From assembly GCA_963786385.1 (NCBI GenBank), contig CAWAYS010000005.1, positions 96,527 through 160,526 on the forward strand: 64,000 bases of DNA, read 5' to 3'. Both the position numbers and the translations under genes were made by a program. The notes under the pieces were generated by a model. The model had not been told where the DNA came from, made no database searches, and saw only the letters and a list, made by a program, of their open reading frames with translations. Below are positions 55,029 through 64,000 of this stretch, piece by piece. The DNA is from an uncultured Gammaproteobacteria bacterium (GTDB lineage: Bacteria > Pseudomonadota > Gammaproteobacteria > Steroidobacterales > Rariloculaceae). Position 1 is the first letter of the stretch. Every line of letters begins with the position of its first letter.

Positions 55029-55697
55029 GTGCCAATGCCTTACGACGCGCTGCGCCATCAGGCGCTAGGTGACCCCGAGAGTCATCGCCTGCCGAAGCTT
55101 TACCGGGCAGCCATTGCCGACGGCAACGCGCCTCGCCCCGAGCGACGCAGCTACGTGCTCGGCGCGAGGAACGGAACGCGAGACGCGTTACGGGCGATTT
55201 CCGAGTCGCTCAAGCCTTCCGAGCTCGCCAAACATCTCGATGCTCAATATACATTTGGCTACTACGATGGCGTGTTGAGCGCACTGCAAGATTGGGTGCG
55301 GCAGCTCGAAGGAGAGCGACGCGAGATCGAGGCCGCTCGCGTCCCGAAGCGGGCGGAGCCGGCGACTACCGAGGGCGCCAGGCCGTTGTCGGGTGCATCC
55401 GTACAGCGGGAGCGAGGGGTGCTCGAGAAGACGATCCAGCTGCTCTGTGAGCACGTCGAAGGACTCATCCGCGAGGGGAGTCTGCTCGGCAGGCTCGATA
55501 CGCGAGAAGCCGAGCTGCAGATCGCGGCTTTCGGCGAGCGGAAGGTGAATGCGTTGAATCTTTGCGCGAGCTCGAGCGACGAGCCGTGGGAAATACGCGG
55601 GTGTCGCTACGAGGAGCGAGTCGCGGCCCTCGACTGTTCGCGGGAGTTTTTCAAAGGGGTCTTGCCGGCTAAATCGCACTCGGTCTCGAGCGACTAG
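55029..55697 (+). CDS. hypothetical protein, no recognisable domain
   Basis: 222-aa ORF in a slightly lower-GC stretch, preceded by an AT-rich segment (cgataataaaaacaacg). The predicted protein is helical and charged. Coding status is uncertain. Confidence 0.45.
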   Translation: MPMPYDALRHQALGDPESHRLPKLYRAAIADGNAPRPERRSYVLGARNGTRDALRAISESLKPSELAKHLDAQYTFGYYDGVLSALQDWVRQLEGERREIEAARVPKRAEPATTEGARPLSGASVQRERGVLEKTIQLLCEHVEGLIREGSLLGRLDTREAELQIAAFGERKVNALNLCASSSDEPWEIRGCRYEERVAALDCSREFFKGVLPAKSHSVSSD

Positions 55698-55723
55698 AGG
55701 GCCGAGACCGGACACGCGTTCGC

Positions 55724-56152
55724 TCAGCGCGCGAGATAGCGCTCGAGCTGCTCGATGAGCACCTGCTGCTCGTCGACGACGGCCTTCGCGAGGTCGCGAA
55801 TAGATACCATGCCGATGACGGTCGGGCCGTCCGTCACCGGCAGATGGCGCACGCCTTTGTCGGTCATGAGCGTCAGTCCCTGTTGAACCGTCGCGTCGGG
55901 CGAGATCGTGAGCACGGGCGTGCTCATGATGGCGCTCACGGGAGTGTCCTCCGAGCGCAGTCCTCGAAGGATCACCTTGCGCGTGTAGTCGCGCTCGGAG
56001 AAAAAACCCACGAGCTCGTCGCCCTTCATGACGAGCAATGCGCCCAAGTCGTGCTCGGCCATGCGGCGGATACCGTCGAGCACCGATTCGTCGGGCGACG
56101 CGGACCAGACGGTAGGGCCCTTGTCGTTGAGAATGTCGCGGATGTTGTGCAT
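55724..56152 (-). CDS. CBS-domain pair protein
   Basis: 142 aa with two CBS repeats (VLDGIRRMAEHDLGALLVMKGDELVGFFSERD; VQQGLTLMTDKGVRHLPVTDGPTVIGMVSIRDL). Confidence 0.85.
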   Translation of the reverse strand: MHNIRDILNDKGPTVWSASPDESVLDGIRRMAEHDLGALLVMKGDELVGFFSERDYTRKVILRGLRSEDTPVSAIMSTPVLTISPDATVQQGLTLMTDKGVRHLPVTDGPTVIGMVSIRDLAKAVVDEQQVLIEQLERYLAR

Positions 56153-56173
56153 GGCGTACCTTTCTCTTATGCC

Positions 56174-57694
56174 TCAGGTCTCGGTGGCCCCGGGCGAATG
56201 GCCCCTGTGCGCGATGATCTGCGCCAAGGCTTCGAGGCGTTGACGCAACGCCTGCGGCTGTTGCGCAGCATCGTTTGTGTGTACGGCCTCGAAGAGGTCG
56301 ACTCGCTCACGCCGCAGCCGCTCGCGCTCGTCGAACCATCGCACACGGGCATCGAGGCCCATGGCCTGCACGAATTGCTGCTTGCCGTGCCGCAAGCTTT
56401 CCGTGAGTTGGATGTGGCTCGGACAGACGACGTCGCAGCACCCGCACTCGATGCAGTCGAATAGACCGAGCGGCTCCAGCGCGTCGAAACGACTGTGCTC
56501 GATCGCCTGGTGCAGGTCTTGGGGCATGAGGTTGGCCGGGCACGCGTTGCTGCAGGCACCGCACCGTATGCACGGTAGTGCAACGTCGTCGCGCCGCACT
56601 TCCGATGCGGTCGCCGCGATCACGCAGTTGGTGGCGCGCGTGACGGGCACCGAGTCGCTGTCGATGGCGAGCCCCATCATGCTGCCGCCGACGATGAGCC
56701 GTGCGACCGGTGCGCCGTAGCCGCCGCAGGCGCCGACCAAGTCCGCGATACGCGTGCCGAGGCGCACATTGAGATTGCACGGCCGCACGATACCCCCTCC
56801 CGTGATCGTGGTGACACGGCTCGTCACGGGATGGCCGGATTGCAGGAACCGGCCAAGCGCGACCGCAGTGCCCACATTCTGGCACAGGTAGCCGATGTCG
56901 GTCGGACGCGCGAGCGACGGCACTTCGTGCCCGGTCAGTCCCTCGATGAGCTGACGCTCACCGCCGGCCGGGTACATGGCCGGAACGATCACCAGCGTCA
57001 GCGGCCGCTCGGCGCCGAGTGCGCCGATCTCGCGCTCCAGTGCTTGCCGCGCCTCGGGCTTGTCTTCCTCGATGACGACGAATCCGTGCTTTGCGCCCGT
57101 CAGCGCCATGAGCATGAGCGCGCCGCTCACCACTTCGCGCGGCGCCGTGCGCATGAGCATGTCGTCGCAGCTGATATAGGGCTCGCATTCGGCCCCGTTG
57201 ACGATGACGGCCCGCATCGGTCTGCGCAAGGCCGCGGCGAGCTTCACGCCCGTCGGAAACACGGCACCGCCGAGGCCGGCGAGACCCGCGCGCGAGAGCG
57301 CGGCCGCGAGCGCGTCGGGCGTGTCCCACTGCAGCGGATCGGGCGGTTTGATCTCGGGCCACAACTCGTCCTCGCCGTCGACCTCCACCACGGCGCACAG
57401 CGCTTCGCGCCGGCGGGCGTGACCCACCGGGCGCGTTTCGAGCGATCGCACCACACCCGATGTGCTCGCATGTGTCCACGTACTCAGGGCGCCGCCGCCT
57501 TGCACCAGAGGCTGTCCGCGCAGCACGCGCTCGCCGCTCTGAACCGCAGGACGGATGTCGCGCACAGCGACGCCTGCTTCGAGCGGCAGCACGAGCACGT
57601 TCGGCAGCGGCGCAGATTCGAGCGGCGTGAGGGTGCTCGCTTCCTTGTGCCCTTGCAGCCTGAGGCCGTGGGCCTGATGCGAAGTGCGTTCCAC
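56174..57694 (-). CDS. rnfC: RnfC/RsxC-like electron-transport subunit (solitary)
   Basis: 506 aa. GLGGAVFPTGVKL...VIVNGAECEPYISCDDMLMR, and two 4Fe-4S motifs CIRCGACSNACP and CIECGCCDVVCP. No rnfABDGE genes are seen within the window. Confidence 0.8.
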   Translation of the reverse strand: MERTSHQAHGLRLQGHKEASTLTPLESAPLPNVLVLPLEAGVAVRDIRPAVQSGERVLRGQPLVQGGGALSTWTHASTSGVVRSLETRPVGHARRREALCAVVEVDGEDELWPEIKPPDPLQWDTPDALAAALSRAGLAGLGGAVFPTGVKLAAALRRPMRAVIVNGAECEPYISCDDMLMRTAPREVVSGALMLMALTGAKHGFVVIEEDKPEARQALEREIGALGAERPLTLVIVPAMYPAGGERQLIEGLTGHEVPSLARPTDIGYLCQNVGTAVALGRFLQSGHPVTSRVTTITGGGIVRPCNLNVRLGTRIADLVGACGGYGAPVARLIVGGSMMGLAIDSDSVPVTRATNCVIAATASEVRRDDVALPCIRCGACSNACPANLMPQDLHQAIEHSRFDALEPLGLFDCIECGCCDVVCPSHIQLTESLRHGKQQFVQAMGLDARVRWFDERERLRRERVDLFEAVHTNDAAQQPQALRQRLEALAQIIAHRGHSPGATET

Positions 57695-57962
57695 TCCTTG
57701 CTCTACCGACTTTGTGTGGCGGCCACTAGTCCCATGCCTCCCATCGAGCGCCTAGGCTGACGACTATGCCATTTACCACGCTTTGCGCCAGGTTTCGATT
57801 GGGACGCTCTGCGCCGTGCCTGCGTATGTCCAAGGCGGCGAGCGTCGCTGAGTCGAGCAACGTCCTCGCGGCACCGCACACGGCGCCGATCTGCTCGCGG
57901 CCGTCATACGCGAGGCGTGCAGCAAACGCACCGCTCAACAACAAACTCAAAGCGCTGCCGAG

Positions 57963-58169
57963 TTGCTCGGGAACTGTTCCCGCGACTCACGATCACTTGG
58001 CTTCATCGGCTTCATTGCCGGCGACGCAAGCGAGCTCGGTGAAAGCTCGAGCCGTGCCTGGAGCTCGACGCCCGCGTTGTCATGGGCCGGTTTCGGCAGC
58101 GGGGGGAGGGCGCGCGTAACGGCCGCCGAGGCCCGTGCCGATGCCGCGCTGGCCACTTACGAGAGCAAC
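57963..58169 (+). pseudogene. fragment of an RND-efflux outer-membrane factor (NodT/TolC family)
   Basis: One forward frame reads SLGFIGFIAGDASELGESSSRAWSSTPALSWAGFGSGGRARVTAAEARADAALATYESN. This resembles the inter-repeat junction of NodT-family lipoproteins (...W..GP.LSWP.FDGGR.RA.V..A.A..D.A.A.YE). There is no intact ORF on either side. Confidence 0.35.
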
Positions 58170-58326
58170 GCCCCTTCGCCCGGCGCTCCGCCTCCGCAGC
58201 GACTATTTCGTTCGTTGTTTCTTTTCCAGCCATGGACGACCACAATGTGCCGGCATGCCCGCCAACGACGACGGTGTCCCGAGCGGCGTGCTTCCTGATC
58301 AACAACGAACTCTGAAGGAGCGTGCC

Positions 58327-58848
58327 ATGAGGACGGTCGGTCGCTTGTTGCCGTTTGCGGTGTCACTCTCGGTAGCCGCTGTCGCTGTGGCGGATGCGCC
58401 GGCGCTGGACGTCAAGATGGGCTTGTGGGAGGTCACGACCAGCATGCAGATCGCCGGGCAGATGCCGGCGTTCGACACGAGCAAGCTGACGCCCGAGCAG
58501 AAAGCGCAGGTCGAGAAGATGATGCAGTCCATGATGGCCGCCCACACGCGGATGACACAGATGTGCATGACCCAGGAGAAGTTCGAGCAATCGACGTTCC
58601 TGATGGACGACGACTCCGGTGCCAAGTGCAAGCAGACTTTGACGACGAATTCGAAGTCGACGCTCGACTCGACGGTCGAATGCTCGGGCGCTCGCACGAC
58701 CACTGCCCGGATGCACATCGATGCGCGTTCTCCGACCAGCGTCGAGGGGACGATCGATACCGTCGGCACGGACCAGGGGAAGTCGATAACGGTTGCAATG
58801 AAGCTGACCGGAAAATGGCTCGGGGCCGATTGCAAAGGGATCGACTAG
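58327..58848 (+). CDS. secreted DUF3617-family protein
   Basis: Track ORF 58135..58848; start at ATG 58327 (AAGGAG 6 nt upstream). Signal peptide MRTVGRLLPFAVSLSVAAVAVA, then GLWEVTTSMQIAGQMP...CMTQEKFE...KCKQTL...ECSG. Conserved Cys spacing as I recall for DUF3617. Confidence 0.7.
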   Translation: MRTVGRLLPFAVSLSVAAVAVADAPALDVKMGLWEVTTSMQIAGQMPAFDTSKLTPEQKAQVEKMMQSMMAAHTRMTQMCMTQEKFEQSTFLMDDDSGAKCKQTLTTNSKSTLDSTVECSGARTTTARMHIDARSPTSVEGTIDTVGTDQGKSITVAMKLTGKWLGADCKGID

Positions 58849-59230
58849 CGACCGCCGACTCGCAAGGCCAGCCCGGCGCCTGCGACGTCGTCCGGGGGCT
58901 TCCCTCCGGCCCGCCGTGGAACGCCGATCAAGTCGAGAGCTGCGTGGCGCTGCCGCCGCCCCGTCACCAATCCACCACCACGGTGTTATCGGGGGCGCGC
59001 CTGTCGCACGGGCTTAGCCCTAATGTCGCCATCGGCATTGTACCGAAAGCGCTATCAGTCGTCGGTGGCACAGTTCGTAACTACAACGAATCGTGAGCCC
59101 CTTCACACAAGCCCGTGGCCGGGCGCCGCTACGCTAGGGTTGGCGCAGTGCTTGGTGTTGCGTCGGCGTTTGTAAGCGGTGCGTGGCCGGCCGGCTCCGC
59201 ACAGGAATCCTGCGCGGAGAGTCTGCCAGC

Positions 59231-60433
59231 ATGCTGCGAGTTCTGTTTGTCGACGACGATCCAAACATTCTCCAAGGTCTTCAGCGCCTGCTGAGGCCCA
59301 TGCGGCACGAGTGGGATATGTCCTTCTCGATCGGCCCCAGGGAAGCCACTGCCCTGATCGACAAGGAGCCGTTCGACGTCGTCATCACCGACATGCGCAT
59401 GCCGGAGATGACCGGCGCGGAGCTGCTGTGCCGGATTCGAGACTCTCATCCCGCCGTCGCACGCATCGTTTTGAGCGGCCACTCGAATCAGGAGTCGGCC
59501 GTGCGTTCGGCCGGGATCGCACATCAGTTCCTTGCGAAACCGTGCGATTCCGAGGCGCTGCGTAGAACGATCGCTCGCGTGGTGACCTTGCGGCAACTGC
59601 TTCACGACGCAAAGCTCACCGAGCTCGTTGCCGGCATCGGCGTTCTGCCGAGCCTTCCATCGAGCTACGCCAGCATCAACGACGAGTTGAGCAGTCCGGA
59701 CCCGTCGGTCCGGCGCATAGCCGAGATCGTTTCCGGCGATCTGGCCATGTCGGCCAAGGTCCTGCAACTGGTCAATTCCGCGTTTTTCGGATTGGGCCGG
59801 CGTGTGGAGACGGTGGAGCAGGCCGTGACGCTGCTGGGGACCGAGATCATCAAGTCGCTCGTGCTTTCCAACTCGGCATTCTCCCAATTCAAGCCCGAAA
59901 CGGCCGGCTTTTCGCTCGAGAAGCTATGGCGTCACAGCTTGCTCGTGGGCTCGATTGCCGCGGCCATCGCGAAATCCGAGGGAGCGGACCGAGCAACGGT
60001 CGGAGAGTCCTTGCAAGCCGGGATCCTGCACGACATCGGAAAGCTCATCCTCGCGACGTACTTGGGTGATTCGTTCGAGACGGCGCTCGCCACCGCGGCG
60101 CGCCGCCGTGTTCCGCACTTCGTGGCCGAAACGGAGGTCTTCGGCGCGACTCATGCCCATGTAGGGGGCTATCTGCTCGGACTCTGGGGGCTTCCCGACG
60201 ACACGGTCGAGGCCGTGGCTTTTCATCACGAGCCGCAGCACGTCGCCGTCGACAAGTTCGTGCCGCTCACGGCGGTGCACGTTGCGAACGCGCTCGTCCA
60301 CGAGGCCACGGACGAAGACGGGTCTCCAGAAAGCGCCGTGATAACAGACGTCATCGATGCCGCTGGTTGCTCCGGCAGACTGCCCGCGTGGCACGCGATT
60401 GCGCAAACCATCCTGAACGAGACGACAACGTGA
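59231..60433 (+). CDS. response-regulator receiver + HDOD domain protein
   Basis: Track ORF 59183..60433; start at ATG 59231. REC domain (MLRVLFVDDDPNILQGL...DVVITDMRMPEMTGAELL...VLSGH...FLAKP). HDOD domain (LPSLPSSYASINDELSSPDPSVRRIAEIVSGDLAMSAKVLQLVNSAFFGL...AGILHDIGKLIL). Confidence 0.85.
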   Translation: MLRVLFVDDDPNILQGLQRLLRPMRHEWDMSFSIGPREATALIDKEPFDVVITDMRMPEMTGAELLCRIRDSHPAVARIVLSGHSNQESAVRSAGIAHQFLAKPCDSEALRRTIARVVTLRQLLHDAKLTELVAGIGVLPSLPSSYASINDELSSPDPSVRRIAEIVSGDLAMSAKVLQLVNSAFFGLGRRVETVEQAVTLLGTEIIKSLVLSNSAFSQFKPETAGFSLEKLWRHSLLVGSIAAAIAKSEGADRATVGESLQAGILHDIGKLILATYLGDSFETALATAARRRVPHFVAETEVFGATHAHVGGYLLGLWGLPDDTVEAVAFHHEPQHVAVDKFVPLTAVHVANALVHEATDEDGSPESAVITDVIDAAGCSGRLPAWHAIAQTILNETTT

Positions 60434-61590
60434 ACAAGAGAGTGCTTTTCGTCGACGACGAGCCGAATGTTTTGACGGCTATTCAGCGCACTTTGCGGGG
60501 ACAATTCGAAGTGTCTACGTGCGAGGACCCCAAGCGCGCGTTAGGCATGCTGGAGTCGCAAGGCCCGTTTGCCGTCGTCGTTTCGGACATGCGCATGCCC
60601 GGGATGAACGGCGTGGAGCTGCTCGGCGCCGCGCGGCAGCTCGCGCCGGACACCGTACGTGTGATGCTTACCGGCAATGCGGATCAGCAAACGGCGATCG
60701 ACGCCGTGAACAAGGGCGAGATATTTCGCTTCCTCACCAAGCCAACCGATCCCGACACGCTACGCGACGTCCTGGTCGCCGGGATCCGTCAACATCAGCT
60801 CGTCGTCGCCGAGAAGGAGCTTCTCGAGCAGACGCTGAACGGCAGTGTCAAGGTTCTGGTCGAGATTCTATCGCTCGTCAAGCCCGACGCTTTCGGTCGA
60901 ACGGATCGGCTGCGTGCCAAGGCTAGGCAGATTGCCGAAAAGCTTGGTGGAGTTTGCGAATGGGAGCTCGACACCGCGGTGTCCCTCGCTTTGCTGGGTT
61001 GCGTCGGGATGCCCTCCGAGCTTCTCGAGAAGGTTTCGAAGGGTACCGTGCTCAGCACTACGGAGCGACTCGAATATGCGGCTCATCCCGTGCTCGGCGC
61101 TAACCTGATCAAGAACATTCCGCGGTTGGAGAACGTCGCCGACACTCTTCTCTATCAGCACAAGCACTTCGACGGCGCAGGTCCTCCGGGCGACGGCCGA
61201 AAGGGGGCCGATATTCCGATCGGGTCGCGGATTCTGCACCTCGTGCTCGCATATGACGAGCTCAAGAATCAGGGTTGGTCCGATGCGTCGATCCACGAAA
61301 ACCTCCGTGCTCAATCGAAACGTTTCGACCCGAGTGTGTTGGCGGCCTTTGGCACTTGCGTCGAGGATGCCGAAGTGCTCAAGGTTCTTCGACTTCCCGC
61401 CAAGGAGGTCAAAGACGGGATGACGATCCACGAGGATATGCGCACGAAGACCGGAATGCTGCTCGTATGTCGTGGACAGGTCGTGACGCCCACCGTGCGT
61501 CGGCACCTCACCCAATTCCACGATGCGGGCTTGCTGAATGAACACGTGCTCGTCACGGCCGCAAAACAACATGAGGCTTCGGCGGCTTAG
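60430..61590 (+). CDS. response-regulator receiver + degenerate HD-GYP-like domain protein
   Basis: Track ORF 60367..61590; start at GTG 60430, overlapping the upstream stop (GTGA). REC domain (KRVLFVDDEPNVL...VVVSDMRMPGMNGVELL...MLTGN...FLTKP). The C-terminal domain is HD-GYP-like, but the positions of the HD dyad and GYP read LLGCVGMP and HKHFDGAGPP. Confidence 0.75.
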   Translation: MNKRVLFVDDEPNVLTAIQRTLRGQFEVSTCEDPKRALGMLESQGPFAVVVSDMRMPGMNGVELLGAARQLAPDTVRVMLTGNADQQTAIDAVNKGEIFRFLTKPTDPDTLRDVLVAGIRQHQLVVAEKELLEQTLNGSVKVLVEILSLVKPDAFGRTDRLRAKARQIAEKLGGVCEWELDTAVSLALLGCVGMPSELLEKVSKGTVLSTTERLEYAAHPVLGANLIKNIPRLENVADTLLYQHKHFDGAGPPGDGRKGADIPIGSRILHLVLAYDELKNQGWSDASIHENLRAQSKRFDPSVLAAFGTCVEDAEVLKVLRLPAKEVKDGMTIHEDMRTKTGMLLVCRGQVVTPTVRRHLTQFHDAGLLNEHVLVTAAKQHEASAA

Positions 61591-62047
61591 CCCCGCAGAG
61601 TGAGAGAGGCAGTGCACTTCTGGCGATTCGCCGAGCCCTCCGCCGGTACCACGGTGCTGGCCGGCACGTATCCGCCCGTTCTCGTCGTGTTGTCCGGACT
61701 CCCCGACATGAAGAAAGTGCCCGCTCGCGGACCGCGGGAAGGTCGAGCGCGGGCGGCAAGCTCGCGGTCGACCCGACGAGGCCGGAAGTCGCGAACCTCA
61801 CGCTGCACGAGACGGATCGCTCAGGCGAGCGTCGATTCGTGGCGATGCATCACGCGTGAAAGCGCGTGAGCGTCGCACAACGGCGACAGTCGCATCAGAA
61901 ATTTCCCGAGAGTGCGGACATTGCATGCGCTCTCGTGGTCAAATTACGCAGAGGCTTCGAAATGGAGTTCGACATGACAGCAATGACGGCTGACGGCGAG
62001 GCGGTGCTCTGCGTCCGCGTCGTGCCGGGAGCAAAGGAGAGCTCGCC

Positions 62048-62998
62048 ATGAGGGTCTTCGTCACGGGCGCAAGCGGTGTGGTCGGCCGCCGGCTGGTTCC
62101 GGTGCTGCGCAACGCCGGGCATACCGTGTCGGCCGTGGTTCGCTCCCCCGTGGCACGCGCCGTGCTCGAGCGACAAGGGGCGACGACCGTGCACGTGGAC
62201 CTGTTCGACAAGGAGGCCGTGCAAGCAGCCGTCGCCGGTCACGACGTGGTCGTGAATCTCGCAACGCACATGCCGCGCTCGACGGCGCTCATGTTCATGC
62301 CTTGGGCGTGGCGCGAGAACGACCGGCTGCGAAGTGTCGCTTCGAGCGTGCTCGTGGACGCCTGTCTCGCCGCCCACGTGCCGCGCTTCGTGCAGGAGTC
62401 TTTCGCGCCGGCCTATCCCGATTGCGGCCCCGAGTGGATCGACGAGACGACACCCTTGAAGCCGGCTCGCTACAACGTATCGTTACTCGACGCCGAGGCC
62501 TCGGCACGGCGGTTCGCCGAGAGCGGTGGCGTGAGCGTGGTGCTGCGCTTCGGTGCGTTCTACGGCATCGATGCGCTGCAGACGGTGGACCTCATCGAAT
62601 GGGTTCAGCGCGGTAGAGCTCCGCTGCCGGGACGCCCGAATGCGTACATTTCCTCGATCTCACACGACGACGCAGCCAGGGCGGCGGCGGCGGCGGTCAC
62701 GTTGCCGGCTGGCACTTACAACGTCGTGGACGACGAGCCCGTAACGCATCGCGAGTACGTCGATTCGTTGGCGACGGCCATCGGTATCGATCGGCCGAAA
62801 CTGCCGCCGGTTTGGGTCACGCCGTTTTTCGGATCGCTCGGCCGGCTGGTCGCGCGATCGGTCCGAATCTCCAACCGCAAGCTTCGCCTCGCAAGCCATT
62901 GGATACCGAAGTATCCGAGTGTTCGCCAAGGGTGGGATGCGATTCTAGACAGGCTCGAGCTCGATTCCGAGTTCGGCGCGCACGAGCGCCACGCCTGA
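62048..62998 (+). CDS. NAD(P)-dependent epimerase/dehydratase-family (extended SDR) protein
   Basis: 316 aa, AAGGAG upstream. Rossmann motif MRVFVTGASGVVGRRLV. Confidence 0.85.
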   Translation: MRVFVTGASGVVGRRLVPVLRNAGHTVSAVVRSPVARAVLERQGATTVHVDLFDKEAVQAAVAGHDVVVNLATHMPRSTALMFMPWAWRENDRLRSVASSVLVDACLAAHVPRFVQESFAPAYPDCGPEWIDETTPLKPARYNVSLLDAEASARRFAESGGVSVVLRFGAFYGIDALQTVDLIEWVQRGRAPLPGRPNAYISSISHDDAARAAAAAVTLPAGTYNVVDDEPVTHREYVDSLATAIGIDRPKLPPVWVTPFFGSLGRLVARSVRISNRKLRLASHWIPKYPSVRQGWDAILDRLELDSEFGAHERHA

Positions 62999-63043
62999 TC
63001 CGCTCGCCTCGCGACTCGGCGGGCCTCGCCGGTCGCGCCGTGC

Positions 63044-64000
63044 TCACATGTAACCGCCGAGAGCCTGCAGACCCGAAGAGGCACGCGTTGCCGCCGACGG
63101 CGCGCCGTCGGCTCGGCTCGACAAGTCCGTTTGATTCTCCACTGCCGAAAGCACGCGTTCGTAGGCCGCCCTTGCCTGCGCGCGAGCTTCGGCGTCCTGA
63201 GTTTCTCCGAATATCAGCGCGAAGACGTCGCCCATCGCGACAGTGGTTTCGGCCCAACCCACCGGGTCGGCGTCGGGCGGCTGGTATCTGAGCGCTTCGA
63301 CGTAAAGGTGCAGCACTTCTTTGAGTGCAGCGGGCGAATCGGCCGTGAGTCGGCGCGCATTGCCGATCTGATAGACCGCGGCAGCGAATTCCGCCCTTCG
63401 ATCGAGCTCGGCAAACACTGCCATGGCGGCGCGTAGCGCGATGACTACCGGTGCGATGTCCGGCGACGCGTCGAGCACTGTGCGGCGCATTCGAGCTTTC
63501 GCGAGCTCGGTCAGGGCGCGGGCCCACGGCTCGCTTTTCGGCGGGGCCGCTTCGACGGCGCGGCGCATCACCGCGACGGCCAAATCGAGCGTTGCCGAGT
63601 CCGCATCTGCGATTCTCGATAGATGTCGGCCACACAGCGTGAGCAATCGGGCGTAGGGTTCCGGAAGCTGCGTCGGCGGAACGTCGTCGAGCACGGAGCG
63701 GCATAGCGCGACGGGGTCCGCGCCAGACGCGGTCGGCGGCGCGCTCAGGCGTTGGATACGCTCTTCGATCTCGGTCGTTGCCGGCACCGCGGTGGCGCGG
63801 GCCGCGGGAGCCTCCGTCGCCGCGAGGTCGAGCGTCGAGAGGCGCACGCGCCAGGCGCTTCGCTCGTCGTCGCGAAGCAATCGTCGCGCACGAAACCCGA
63901 CCAGGAACAGCGCCGTCTCACCCCGCATGCCGCGCACGATGGCTTCCTGGTCCTCGATTCCGGCGTCGCCTGCGACTCGCCAGCCAAAAACGAGATCGTC
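63044..64000 (-). CDS. helical-repeat hypothetical protein, N-terminus beyond window edge
   Basis: Track ORF 63044..63937 starts at an internal Met. The same frame stays open to position 64000 (DDLVFGWRVAGDAGIEDQEAIVRGMRGE...), so the gene probably starts outside the window. The sequence is Ala/Leu-rich and TPR-like, with no firm family call. Confidence 0.45.
   Translation of the reverse strand, partial: DDLVFGWRVAGDAGIEDQEAIVRGMRGETALFLVGFRARRLLRDDERSAWRVRLSTLDLAATEAPAARATAVPATTEIEERIQRLSAPPTASGADPVALCRSVLDDVPPTQLPEPYARLLTLCGRHLSRIADADSATLDLAVAVMRRAVEAAPPKSEPWARALTELAKARMRRTVLDASPDIAPVVIALRAAMAVFAELDRRAEFAAAVYQIGNARRLTADSPAALKEVLHLYVEALRYQPPDADPVGWAETTVAMGDVFALIFGETQDAEARAQARAAYERVLSAVENQTDLSSRADGAPSAATRASSGLQALGGYM

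Noticed and set aside
61591-62047. 457-bp gap with small ORFs (61600..61869, 61866..62051). The latter ends ...AVLCVRVVPGAKESSP, faintly like a DUF167 N-terminus. There is also a CACGCG-tgaaag-CGCGTG hairpin near 61851-61868.
   Set aside because: The similarity is too short to support. The ORF would be truncated by the epimerase start, and the other ORFs are Arg-rich. I left the region unannotated; it may be a decayed remnant.

Overview
This is a 64-kb high-GC bacterial chromosomal segment (roughly two-thirds G+C by eye). It carries about 50 protein-coding genes or gene remnants on both strands. I recognised no rRNA, tRNA, CRISPR array, transposase or integrase. All functional calls come from motifs and domain architecture seen in the supplied translations, plus hand translation. 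None come from database searches, so family names need HMM confirmation.

Content from left to right:
- A low-GC gene for a secreted propeller protein, cut by the window edge.
- A PSCyt-type DUF1592/DUF1552 pair followed by a frameshifted ankyrin gene.
- A polysaccharide deacetylase.
- Three tandem lipoprotein genes (8.0-17.0 kb) built from five [Cadherin-like beta-sandwich + 7-blade FG-GAP-like propeller] modules.
- A glutaminase-STAS-cNMP-binding fusion.
- The most interesting locus (18.9-30.4 kb). A CHASE2 / class III nucleotide cyclase is translationally coupled to a secreted protein of unknown family. Divergent from this pair are an exported TPR-CHAT (caspase-fold) protein, a TpsB transporter, a TPS-domain beta-helix exoprotein with two poly-Gly linkers, and a wHTH/TolB-like/TPR regulator.
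- An accessory mosaic: aldo-keto reductase, CopC, MBL hydrolase, VapBC, quinohemoprotein alcohol dehydrogenase, porin, esterase, amidase, TPR protein, membrane proteins, LuxR-hydrolase fusion, APH-type kinase, DUF3500, amidohydrolase, CBS protein, solitary RnfC, DUF3617, a REC-HDOD / REC-degenerate-HD-GYP pair, and an SDR epimerase.

Two window-wide features stand out. Roughly 20 frame disruptions are concentrated in only eight genes, while all long genes are intact. A structured ~45-nt palindromic intergenic repeat occurs three times.
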